Source of the DNA: Thalia democratica
Taxonomy: Eukaryota
Direction: 5' to 3'
DNA length: 64,000 nucleotides
NCBI GenBank assembly: GCA_965202585.1
Contig: OZ241831.1
Coordinates: forward strand, 10,912,001 to 10,976,000
The position numbers and the translations under genes are program-made. A model generated the notes under the pieces. That model did not search any database. It was not told the origin of the DNA and was given only the letters and a program-made list of their open reading frames with translations. Positions 1 through 13,100 of this stretch are shown in pieces; position 1 is the stretch's first letter, and each line of letters begins with the position of its first letter.

Positions 1-2073
1 TTTTGTATACAAAAGATGAAGATTATCTTCTTTAGCAACTGTTTAGACATATAAAAGTAAATAATTTAGTAAATAACATCTACTCATTCAATGCTATTAA
101 GCTACAAAGAAATTCTACTCTAGATTTCAAAGGTGTAATGAAGAGATCTGGTGGTTTTTAGAAGCAATTGACTTTGCTTTTGCTTGTTCAAATTGCCAGC
201 TTCAGAAAATAACATTTTAGAGTAAAAAAAGATATAGGAACAAAAGGTACTTACTTGCAAATCAAGCAAGATGTGGATATATTTTTTCTTTGACTTCAGC
301 TTCTTTAATTTGTTAAAGTAAATTTTCTTCAACAAAAAAGTAAAACTTAATTTCTGTCTATTGATCACTGAATCTTGTTACTTGGCTTTACTTGTTTCAT
401 TTTAAAATGTGGAGTTGAACAATAAAAAAAAAATTAAATATTATTTGAAGATAGTTGAGTCTTAGGATTATTAGGCAGTACTAGAAGAAAATGACTACTT
501 TGACTAGTCTCTTGACAACTATGTATTTTTACTTCTAATTTCAAGAGCCTTTATGTTTGAGATTAGGAGGGAAAAATAAAAGTTAATACCGTGAATCAAC
601 AAATGTTGTGATCAACAACAAGCTTTTATCATGAAGGTTTAAGTGTGAGCTGTTATTTGTAATATAAAACCTTCTTACAAAAGCTTATATTTTATGCCAA
701 GGTTGCTAAGGTTGTAGACCCACTTTGACCTTAAGAACTGTTTGGTATAATACTAAAAAAAACAGTACTTCTGCATGCATAAATATAAAAATGACATCAA
801 TGCGTTGTTTATACTACACCGCTGATTTACTATGTAAAGAGGTTCAAGCAGTTCAATAATGTCAAATTTTACAGTTCTTCGTTTCAATAATACTCTTTTT
901 ACTATAAGTACCTTTTTTACACAAATCTCTATAATATAGTTTCATTTCATACATGCATTCTTCATTAAAATAATTGCTTAAAAAGTACTAATTCTGAAAC
1001 TGTTTAAAACGACAATCTTGATCAGTTTGTTAGAAATTTAAAAGGTGCTATAAAGCATGAAAAATTTCTATAAAAAAAAGTTTTCCAAGCAAAAACACAA
1101 TAGTCTTAGTATGAAACTGAAACAAGCTAATCGAGGAAATATAAGTTTTTCAAACAAACTGGATTTATTTCAGTCAAATCTCTGCTAGGTTTTGGCTGGA
1201 TCCGAACCAAATCTTCTTTAAAGTTTACAATCTGGCTCTGATATTTTATTAAAACTAGGATCAGGCCAGGTGCAAATCCAAGCAAAATCCAGCCGGATCA
1301 GGCTGAATCTTGGATCAGGTAGATCACTAACTATAAGTCATTTTTATATCATGCACTAAGTATAATTAATTTTTAAGAAATAGTCATAGTTGTGAAAAGT
1401 TTGCAATGCAAGTTTATGGACCGCAACTTTTTATGGTCAACTTTCTTTGAAGTTTAAAATTTCACTAAAAATCCTACTTCTCCTTAATTTTTTAAGCTAT
1501 TTACCTCAAATTTATAAAATGTTTCTTGTATTAAACAAAAGTCTTATTGTAACAAATAAAAATGAAATAAAACTTTAATGAAAAAACTAAAGCTTAAGTT
1601 TTAAAACTATATGAACTGAAGTGCTCAATCTATATTTAAACTAGAGAGCTTAGTTTTTAATTGCCATAAGTTTTTTTCTGACAATGTTTCATCTATAAGG
1701 ATCCTCAGACCTTAAATGTAGCACTAAATAACATGCAGAGCACAAATGTATAGTGAAAGCAAGCTAACAAGTAATCAAACAGTGAGAAAGTAATTAGTAT
1801 TTTCAGTAGTATACTTAAATAAATCTAAGGAACATTTATTAAAAAAGTAATTTAATAAAAAAACTTTCTTTAAAAACACTTCTCAAAAACATATAACAAC
1901 CTAAGAAAAAAAAAAGTGTAGAAATACATAATAAGGAAATTTCAATATGCAAATAATTGATAAAATAGGAATTAACAAGACCTAAATGGAAGGTACTTGG
2001 CAGTTAATTATATTCTTGTGTTTAGTGGTTAAACTCTATCTAATGGATTATTGCCAAAACCAATAAGAGTTAA

Positions 2074-2752
2074 GGGCATAGGGGGGGTTAACACCCTTTT
2101 TTGGTTTTTGATCTTACTTTATATAGTTTTTACTAAGCTACAAGATGCTTTTTACAGATTTAAAAAAATCATAATAATTTTTGAGATATAGCCGGTCAAA
2201 GTTGGAGCCAACAATAGGTTCCTTATGGGAGGCGCAAATTAAAACTGCAAAAATAGACTATTTTACTAAAAATCTATCTTCTCCTACGTTTTTTGAGATA
2301 ACTACCTCAAACTTTCAGGAAATGTTCCTTGATATATTTAGAAAATTCTGTCGAAAGGAATTTTAAAAAAATTAAAAAAAAAAAATTTTATATAAAAAAT
2401 AAACAAAAAAAAAGTTTTTTTTTTGTTTTTTTTGTTATAAAATTTTTATTATTTAATTTTTTAAAATTCTGTTCCGACAGAATTTTTTAAATACTGCAAG
2501 GAACATTTCCTAAAAATTTGAGGTAGTTATCTCAAAAAACGTAGGAGGAGATAGATTTTTAGTGATTTCTAGTTATTTGCCGTTTTAGTTTGCGCCTCCC
2601 ATAAGGATCCTATTGTTGCCTCCGACTTTGACCAGCTATATCTCAAAAATTATTTTGAATTTTTTAAATCTGTAAAAAGCATCTTATAGCTTAGTAAAAA
2701 CTATATAAAATAAGATCAAAAATCAAAAAAGGGTGTTTACCCCCCTATGCCC
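2074..2752. mobile_element. Fold-back non-autonomous DNA transposon with TTAA TSD (Kolobok-like)
   Basis: TTAA (2070-2073) | GGGCATAGGGG ... CCCCTATGCCC | TTAA (2753-2756); the two ~330-bp arms are reverse complements along almost their whole length. Confidence 0.85.
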
Positions 2753-3348
2753 TTAAATCAATTAACATAAGAAAAGAATTAACTGTCCTGTGTCAAAATT
2801 TAAGGTTTTGTTACTTATATAGTTTATTATTAAGTAAAGATTTCACTTACAAAGTTTACGAAAGATTGCTTAAAAAACTTTAACTCCCTAACTTTGTCCC
2901 TTCTTATATCAAAAACTAATTTTTATTATAAGAAATGGTGAAAAAACATGGTAAAAAGCAAGCAGCTAAGTTTGGTCGAAGTAGACCAAATTGTTTATAA
3001 AATACCTTAGCCCCTATGCCCTTTACACCTTTACTAAGTTTATTAACAATTCCAATAAAAAATGGCTTACTAAACATATAATGAATTTTTCAGTTTTTGT
3101 CTTTTGTAATTAAAAAAAAAGTTTACATAAACTTGGTCGATTTTACCTTAGGTTTGAGTGCAAAACTTTTAAGTTAAATAAGTTTGTTTACTTTAAAAAG
3201 TTTATTATGGTCAAGTATTTTTTATCTGAACTTATAGGACATCTAACATTAAAATAAAAACTATTTTTGTTAAAGTGATTCATAATTTAAGTTGTTTGCA
3301 GTTGTTTGTATTTAGTTTGTAATATAAACTTTTGAATCTTAATTTATT

Positions 3349-3778
3349 CAGGGTGGCTGTTTAAACTGGAACCCTGGAAAAACCCAAAATAACCAATAAC
3401 CTAAAAATAAATTTAGTAAATTTTCTGGAAAAAAGAACCTTATAATTTAGTAAATTTTCAGAACTTCTCGAAAAACCAGTAAGTTTGAACTAAATTCACT
3501 AAAAAACCTGGAATTTTGATAGTTTTGAAGATGTGAAATGATAAAATTTTAATTATATAAAAGCAAACCAATTTTTATAGTATATACAGTAAAAAATATA
3601 TATTATTTAAAATTATATTAATTATAAAAGTTATAGCTTTACAGTAACCTTCTTTTCAATAGCTTTTCACTGAAAATAGTTTTTTTTACCTTAAAAGTAC
3701 TTTTTACTAATAATAGAGACAAAAAAAATTGTAGTTTTAAAAAGCTGAAATAAATTTATGATAACCCAGTGGCCACTG
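3349..3778. mobile_element. MITE of the CAGGGTGGC/ACCTGGAA family (6-bp TSD class), diverged copy
   Basis: Ends CAGGGTGGC...GTGGCCACTG, subterminal ACCTGGAA motifs; flanks TTTATT / TTTTTT (5 of 6). Confidence 0.65.
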
Positions 3779-4120
3779 TTTTTTTATTAAAATAAGTTTC
3801 TCTCTTTTATTATTATACAATGTTTGCTTTAATTAACTAACTTTATAGAATTTAATTCAAATTATATTGTATGTAGTTATGCTTAAAAATTTTTTGGAAA
3901 ATTACTCTAAATAGCAAATTTCATCACTTCTGTTTAAGTCATCTTTTATATTCAAATTTATACTGTTAAAGGATGAAAACAAATGATTGGTTATTTAAAA
4001 ATGCTAAATACTTATAAATATGTGCATAAATTTAATTTTAAAATACATAACATTTCATTTATTTGTTTATAACTTTATTTTGTTTTTTAGTGTAATATGT
4101 TACAACTAGACTAAAAAGGA

Positions 4121-7100
4121 ATGCACAGTAGGATTGATTCTAGTGTAACACTAGACAATTATGCTTTCATTGTTCAAAATTCAATACTGAAATATCAGGT
4201 TTGATTGTTGTTTGTTATCTTAATACAGCGATGCATTTTATTAAAGTTTGCTTAAAGTTTGAATTGCTTTCAGTTTTATGTTATCAACTAAAATTTTTTA
4301 GCGTTATAAAAAATTAAACAAATGGTTTTTAAAGTTTAAGGTGCATGAAAACGAAAACTGACACTATTTGTTTAAATAGAACCAATAATCTTTTTTACAA
4401 AGTTAAAAAGAGTAGGAATATTTAATTTTCAAAGTCTTTTTATGTGGTGTACTATGTTTAAACTTGTTTTTATGTACTCTGGTATAGGAGGTTAAAGTAG
4501 TCAAAAATAAGCACTGACTCCATAAGATAGCTCAAAGTAAGTTTAAAGTTATAAGTAAGGTTTTTAAAAGTATAAAAATTTTTGTAACCTTTGAGATCTA
4601 GTCAGTTTTGTAAAAGTTTACAATACAAAAGTGTAGACTGACTGCTTGAGAGCTCAAATTTTCAGAAAATTTAATTAATAAAGTTGAAAACATTTTAAGT
4701 CTTAAAACTTTTAAATTATTAAAACAATAAAGTTTGTAGATAAATAATACAAAAAAAAACTATTTAAATTTTTCTATTTTTAAATGAAACAAACTTATCA
4801 CTACAAAACTTAAATGTAAAAAATGGGACTTACAGTAAAATTTTAAGTATGTCACCTAATTTATGATTAACATGATAAATTTTTAATTAAATCATATTAA
4901 ATACCTTTTATGTTTGTGATTTCCATAAGGTACTTAAAAAGAACTAATAGAGTTTGATCACTTATACATCATAATTAATTTTTAACTTCATTAATCTATT
5001 AAAAGTGTCTGGAAGCTAAGATATAACTGTGTAAAATAAAATCAACTTCTAAAAATAAGGTGGAGACCCCTTACATATTTAACTAATTTTATAAGATGTA
5101 TAAAGTAAGTAAAGCTATATGGTCAACTTTAGAACTAGAATACTAAATCTTTAATTAAAATAATTATATAAAACCTTTTTTAAGCAATAACAATGTTGAT
5201 ACAACAGAACATTACACTACCTTCGAAGCAAAAACGTTCTTAAATTTGTTTCAACTCACACAGCTACATCAAACCAATTAGTACAACAAACATGCATAGT
5301 GACAAAAATAAGATAATACTTAAAACCAAATTTAACTTTAATTATATTGAATATTGTTTATTTCCTGGTTTCCTGTATATTTTTATGTCAAATTTATTGA
5401 ATCACTTGTATAACTTGACAAATTTGAAACAGGATGCTGTAACTGGTTTGTTTTCATCAAGCACTGATCAACAAGGTCATGCTTGGGTGCGTGATAATGT
5501 TTACTCTTGCCAAGCTGTTTGGGGTCTTTCTGTTGCGTATAGAAATCAAGCTGAAATAAATGAAAACAAAGAAAAAGCTGAGAATACAGAACAAGTGAGA
5601 TTTATTTTGATACTTTTAAGTTTTTTAAAACGCACATTTAGTTTGTTTATTGTTGAATTTTATTTGTTAATTTTTTACTCAGTGTTGCCTCACACTCAAG
5701 GTACTCAGAGAAACTCAGGATATTTTGAAATTTTAGAAAATATTAGGATAACTCAAGATATTTTGACCTTCTTTAAACTCAGGTATTTCTTTTTCTTGAT
5801 CTAGAATGAGATTTAGTTGATTATCTTCAATTTTTTGTAATTTAAAATTACCAATATAGTTCAAAAACATAATTTTTATTGATTTTGAAATGCTTATTAA
5901 AATTTTTCTAGTCTGCGACTTGCTCTTTACTAGTCTTGGAAATAACATCGCAGTTTTGTTTTTAACCTGATATTGATATTTATCATGATTTGAGTTTATT
6001 CATGCAAGTGAGTACTTTATGTGGTAAGATTAGAGTTGTCAATCAAAAGTCAAAAATAAAAAGATTCAAACTAATTTATATTACATATAAAATTAACTAA
6101 CATGTTTACATAAAATTATCCACATATTTTGCTTTTTAATCTCATTTGATTAAAAAAAAATAAGTTTTAAAACTTTTTAAAACAGTTTTTATTATAAAAT
6201 CAGTGAAACTTTAATGCAGAAGCATACACATGCACCTTCCTTTTAATTATCAAAAAGAAAAATGCGGTACAAGTTGTTTGTGCCATTGGCAAATTTTTAT
6301 TTAAAGGATTTGAAAAAAAGCTCAGGATGGCTTAGGGCAGTTTAGGGTCACTCAGGCAGTTTTTTGACTCAAAGAATGGTAACCCTGTTTACTGCTGTAT
6401 GCATTCAAACTACAAAATGTCATTCAGGGTTGCCAAATGTTTTTGGCAAATTTTCTCCAGGTTTTTAAAAGTATACATTTATCAGTCTATTTTAGTGAAA
6501 GATAAGTTTAAGGTAAGAAACTATGTTAAACAGTATAAAACATTGAAAATGTACTCTATAGCTACTTTAATGTTATTTTTAACAAAAAAAGAAGAATTGA
6601 TGATGACAAAAAAATAAAATCTATATGATAGACTTTTTGAGTCAAGTCGAAATTTTACTACTTTACATGTTAAAATTGTTAAAAATTCCAGGGTTCAAGG
6701 TTTTTTGGCAACCCTGATCATTAATATTGAAGTTATACATTGAAATTATATAACAGCTATATCATTAAACATGTGTTTTTTTAAATTTTAAATTAACTTT
6801 TATTTACCCTTTATACATTCAATTTATGCAACATATTTTTTTCTAAAATTTAACTACATTTTAACCAATTTTCGTATAGTTTGTTATTTTAATAATTTTT
6901 TTCTAGCTGAGTCACAGTTTGAAAATCCGTTTTGTAGTGAAACTGAGTAATTGTAAACTATGTAATAAATTTTATTTTTAACTACTTATTATCCATTAAT
7001 TTAATGTTTTTTTTGTTCAATTTTCAAACAAGTAAATATTTTTTATTTGTAGTAGCTACTAAGGGCATTCAAGCTAGTTAAAAAATAAATAAGAGAGGAT

Positions 7101-10100
7101 TATAAAATTAAATTATAAATGGTATAAATTAATTATATTACAAATTTCAGTTGTAAAAGTTGGCTTGACTATACTTGACAACTTTATAGTTTTAATATCT
7201 ATAGATAGTTTTTAGAAATAAATAGTAAAATGCAAATAGTTATATAATTAAAAATTAAACATCTGTATAAATATCATAAGTTAAACATTTGTTTGATATA
7301 GAGTATACAAAAGGATGCTTAAAAATACGGTGACCTTTGATTTTTCTGCTAGAATTTTTTTTTCACTAAGCGAATATCAGAAAAATACATCGCATAATTA
7401 AAGACAATTAAAAAAAAAGTTTTATATAAACGCTACTTAATTTTTTGAAAAAATAAAAACAGGAAAAACTTACAAAAAGTGATTATAATTACATATATTC
7501 ATAAAGCTTCCATAAACTTTCTTTAAATCGTTTTAAGTTGTGTGCAATGTGTTTTTGTGATTATTAGCCACAAGTCAAAACCAAACTCATCTGATATGTT
7601 TTCCTAATTTATATTTTTGAGGAAGTCCAAAAAATTATAAAAGTTGTTTTATTTTTAGTACTTATCAGTTATATTAAAATTGCTATTTTATCAAACTAAC
7701 TTGATCTAAATTAAATCCTATAAAAGACACATGTTAATTAATTAAGGCCCTTTTAGACGCAGAGTTATTAAATATTTTAATAAAACTTATAAATATACAA
7801 GGTTGCCAAAAAATACATAATCCAGGAAAAACTATGATTTTAACAATTTAGACAAAAAAAACCTGTAAAAACTAGGAATTTGAGAAATTTTGAAAAAAAG
7901 TTGTAGTTTTGGATAATTTTTTCATGTAAAATGATGAAACTTTGATAAGATACAAACAATCTATCATATATAAAATTATTATTTATTATAAAACACATTA
8001 AAAATAGCATTGAAGTTTTCATTCAGTACTTTTATACTAATGAAGACAGTTCTTTACTTTAAACTTAATGTTACATTAAAAATAGACATAAAAAATTTGT
8101 ACTTCCAAAATAATGGAAAAAAACTTTTGGAAACCCTTTAAACATAAAAATCTGATTAAGGTCTCAAAGTTTTCACTTTTTAATAAAAGTTTTCTTTAAA
8201 AAAATAACTGGATTATTTTAAAGAACTTATTTTAAAGTTTGATGTAAACTGCTTTAAAAATGTAAAAGATAGATTTTTAGCAAAATTTTCAATAAAGTTC
8301 CTTGAAATTAGGACATAAAAATGTTTTTCATATGTTTGTACAGATAGAGTTTTGTAAAACTAATTTATCTCAAAAGTTACTTAAAGTGTTTATGTTCTAC
8401 TAATTTATATCAAAAGTTACTTAAAGTGTTTATGTTCTATAAAACGTTTATATAACTAAGTCTATAATTAATGAAACAAATTATGATCAGTATTTTAATA
8501 AGGTCTACAAAGGTTTTGTTTCTATTTAAAAAAGTATGAATATACATGGTTTTTATTTGTTTAATTGTTTAATTTTAAATGAATTATAACTGGTATATAT
8601 TTGAACAGGCAATTATTAAATGCATGAGGTCTCTTCTTACTTGTATGATGAGGCAGTCTCACAAGGTTGAGCAATTTAAAGTAAGTTGTTAAACATACTT
8701 TTTAAGTTATCAGAAGTTTTATATAATGTTGTTTATATATTTAGTACAGTAAATAGCATTCATTAAGAATTAAGTTAAATTTTTTATTTATTATCTTCTA
8801 AATCTTTTTTTTTCAATGTATTTAGTAAGTGAAATTTGATAACTGTACTAAATTATACAGTTAAAATATAATTCTTGAATTGTAAATATTTAAACCTATT
8901 AAAATTAAAATCTCTTTTAACAAACTTGTTTTTTTAATTAATGATAGTTAAAAGATAGTTTTTAAACACAAACAACTAATTTTAAAATTTTAACAAACAT
9001 CTACCAAGCTCTTAATTCTCATAACAACACATCAACAGTCGAGTCAGTCACCCCAGCATGCGTTGCACGCAAAATACTGCAAGCGGACAATGCAGACGGT
9101 GGTTGGCGACGGTGACTGGGGACATCTGCAGCTGGACGCCACCGGGCTGTTTCTTCTGTCGCTCGCACAAATGACTGCTTCTGGTGATAATTAGTTTTTT
9201 GATTATTAAAATTGACTTGATTTTTTTTTTCAATGATTAAGGGGCAATAAAATTTGTTGTGTACATTTATTAACTTGATTAATTGACTTAAGTTTTACTT
9301 TAATAATAAAACTATAGTTTTTTTTACAAGTTTTTGCTTTAGTTTTTTCTTTGTTTAGCTACTAAAAGTTACAACTTGAAAACAAGGCCTAACCTTTTAA
9401 GTTACTCGCTACTTGTTTTTAGCACGAGAAACTCCCAACGAACACAAATAAAATTTAGCACATTTAAAGAGAAAAAATGTATAAATATGTTGTTGGTGGT
9501 TTTTGTTTAAGTTATTACATTTAAGTTGTTACTTGGCTTTTGTATTTAAAAAAAGTGTTTGCTCACTGAGCAGGAAAATCATTAATCCTATACATGTACC
9601 GCACTATAAAATTGAACATTGCCTTAGTATCATTACTATGAAACGTTTGCAGACGAATCGTTAAATATTTTTAAGTTAATTTTATAACTTAGTCATCATT
9701 ATATATAATTAATACTTTACATTTGATGTAATTAAAACACAGCAAACGGTTTAATGCACACCTACTCAAATAATTACTTGATTGCTTGCAGGGTTGAAGA
9801 TAGTGCGCGATTATGACGAGGTGGACTTCGTGCAGAATCTGGTGTTCTACGTGTCAACTGCCTACAGAACTCCCGATTACGGTATTTGGGAGCGAGGCGA
9901 CAAGACGAACCACGGCGTTCCTGAACTCAATGCGAGCTCTGTTGGAATGTGCAAGGTACGTGCATTTGTATTGTTGTATTGACTTAATGTTTTTATACTT
10001 ATCACTTATGAAAGGTTAACTACATATTTTCGATTTGACCCAATTTTAAAAGTTTACTTGAACATTTTTAGAGACGATGTGATAATTACATTATTACAAT

Positions 10101-13100
10101 AATTATTTGAGTATCTTATCTTTAAGCCAAACTTTAAGCCATAAAATAAACACAAAACTTTATGTTTATACTTTTTATTATTTCTGATTTATATGAGTTT
10201 CTTATTTTCTAAGTTGTAATACATCATTTTGAAAACATACTACTTGTTTTCAAGTAATCAGTATTAAGATTTTATGCTTGTTTAACATAACTATACACAA
10301 TGTTTTATTTAATTTTGCTTTATTTTCTGTTAACGAAAACAAGTAGAAGTATAAACACATAAGCTACAATCGAATAATTCTACAAGGCTAAATTTACAAA
10401 AAAAAAAAATAGTTTGCAATTTTTTTAAACTAGTAAAATTAAACTTAACAAATCAACAAATTGAATCAGGCAGCATTGGAAGCACTGGATGAGTTGAACT
10501 TGTTCGGACCGGGTGGGGGGCCTCAGTCAGTCATACATGTCACGCCGGATGAAAAAGCTCTGTGTAAAGTCATACTGGAAAGCATGCTTCCGAGAGAATC
10601 TAACTCTAAAGTTTGTGCAGCTTCTTAATACTTTGAATTATAAACTTTGTTAAATTATACACACTTTTAGTAGTATAACATGTTTACAAACTTTTTTCCA
10701 ACATAAAATTACTTGTTTTTTTTTTCAAAAATTGTTTTTTTTGTTAACTGAATGCTTAAAAAATCATCAAGTTATAGAAAAAATCTAAACTGTCTTAAAT
10801 ATTAATCGAGAGACTCCTTGAACTTTTAGTAATGGATTGTGTAAAGAAATGTAATGTAGTTTTATTGAAAATTTAAATGTTTCATACTATTCAAGTATAA
10901 AAACACGAAAATATTATCTGAAACTTTAATATTAATATATTTCTAAAATTCAATTTAACTAATTTAATGCAAATTAAAAAATCCAAACTTAAACTTTAAA
11001 TTTTCAAATAAATTAAATTTTAAGATATCTGTAACTACCACATTCTGCTAAGAGAATAGTTAAAAAAAAGTTTTCTAATAAAACTAAGGTTACTATTTAT
11101 TTTTCTAAATCTAGTAAGTAAATTATTTAAAAGAACCAGTGTTAACAATAATTACAAGCCTTAAGATTTTGTTTTGCAAGTTATTACCAAACAAATTGTT
11201 ATATCTATTTACTTCACAAAATATTCCGTTCCGTAAATCTAGTACTGTATTTATTATAGTTATAAATTTTCAGGATGCTATTAACCTAGTTAAACTCCAA
11301 CGTTTTGTACGACTAATATATAACTTTTATTTTTAAGTTTAATGCACGGCTACTTGTTTGTTGTATATAAAAATCTGCCAATATTTATCTACTTTCTCTA
11401 AACAATATTGCTAAAGTTATAAGTTTTTATACAGACTTAATATGAGTAATTACTTTTATTAAAAAGTTATGGAATATAAATATAGAAAATAAAACACAGA
11501 ACAAATCAATTAAATACTATTATCTTGCACCAATAGTTAATTAATTCGTAAATTTATGAAATTTATTTCAAAGACAAAATAAAGGTTTAAAAAAAGTATA
11601 AATAAGTAAAATCTCCTGTTATAGTCTTCAAATCAAGTCATAGTTAAGAATTGTTTCAAATCTAAATTAAAACAAATATAAATTAAAATAAATAGTTCAA
11701 AAAATGTGGCAACTCTGTAAAAAACAAATGTTGAATAATTTTGATAAAAAAAAACTCAAGTTTTGTTATTAATAATTAAAATAATATAGTATGAAATTTT
11801 GTATTGTAAATTGCTGAATTTCTTTCATAAACTTGTTAAAGTTGTCAATTGTTTAAACATGTTTGAAGTATATTTTTTGGTTTGAAAATTTTTGTGAAAG
11901 GAGACTCAGTTTTTAAATTTTAATTTGAGAACTTGAGTTGTAATAATTTTTTAATACCTTTCTTGTGCGCAACTACAAGAAGTAACTAATCAACTAATGA
12001 AATAATTAAAGTTTAGCTTCTGTCAATGAAATCATTCTACTACTTTGTCTAACTACTATTTAAAATACACCCAATTGTTGTTGAAACTATATAGAGTTTC
12101 TACACAGCGTTTAATTAGAAGAGTAATTTGTGTTACACTGTAAAGTTTTTATTGAATTTTAAAGCTTCGCTAAATATTTTCGTCGTACGCTTTATCCTAC
12201 TGCAAAATAAATTAGATAAATTTACAGATTGAGTTTTAATGTATAGAAAAATGTACGAATAATTATGAACAGGAAGTAGACGCAGGGTTGTTGTCAGTTA
12301 TTAGCTACCCTGCATTTGCAGTTAATGATGATTCAATAGTTCAGCTCACTAAGAAAGTTATTATAGACAAGCTTCAAGTGAGTTTTGTTAAACATCGTTT
12401 TTTTTAATATTCTGAAATTGTTATAATTAGTTTATTAAAATTAAAGAAATCTTTTTCATTTTGACACTATTTATTGATGAGCGAAAGTTTAAATGTTGTT
12501 TAAACATTAAGTTTTGAAAAGTAAAATTTGTTAATGAAAACCCTAAAAAAACTTTAAATGCTAATTTTTATTTAATTTGATTAGTTTTAAACGTTTTCAT
12601 TCGAATATTAAATATAAATTACAAGGGAAGGTACGGATGTAAAAGGTTTCTCAGGGATGGGTACAAAACTGCTTGTGAAGATCCATCAAGGCTACACTAC
12701 GAAGCTGCTGAATTAAAAGTTGTTTAGTTTATAAATAGAGGGTTAAAATTTCAAACATGTCTTTACTTGTGTAAAATTTTTCATCTGTTTTTTTGTTTAA
12801 TGTTTTTATCAAAATTGTAAGTTGTGTTTGTTTTCTAAAGCTTGCAGTAAATTTAAGAACGTTGGCTTAATGAACATAAGGTGTTGTATCTGTTTTTGAA
12901 AAATATTTTAAGCCGTAATAAACAAATGCTCTTAAGATTGATATACACATGGAAAATGTTTTGCATATATCAACTAACAATTTAATCTAGGTGTTCGAGC
13001 ATATTGAGTGTGAATGGCCGGTGTTTTGGACGTTCCTGGCATTAGACGGTTTGATGACAGGCAACAAGGCGCAAGCTGATGAGTATGTGAAGAGTTTAGA

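Noticed and set aside
1-368. ORF 120-368 (-) and possible exons of an upstream minus-strand gene (e.g. AKEDNLHLLYTK at 1-39)
   Set aside because: No consistent phase-compatible chain or homology could be built; may be real but is unsupported here.
2181-2366. 61-aa ORF
   Set aside because: Lies inside one arm of the fold-back element; no transposase motif.
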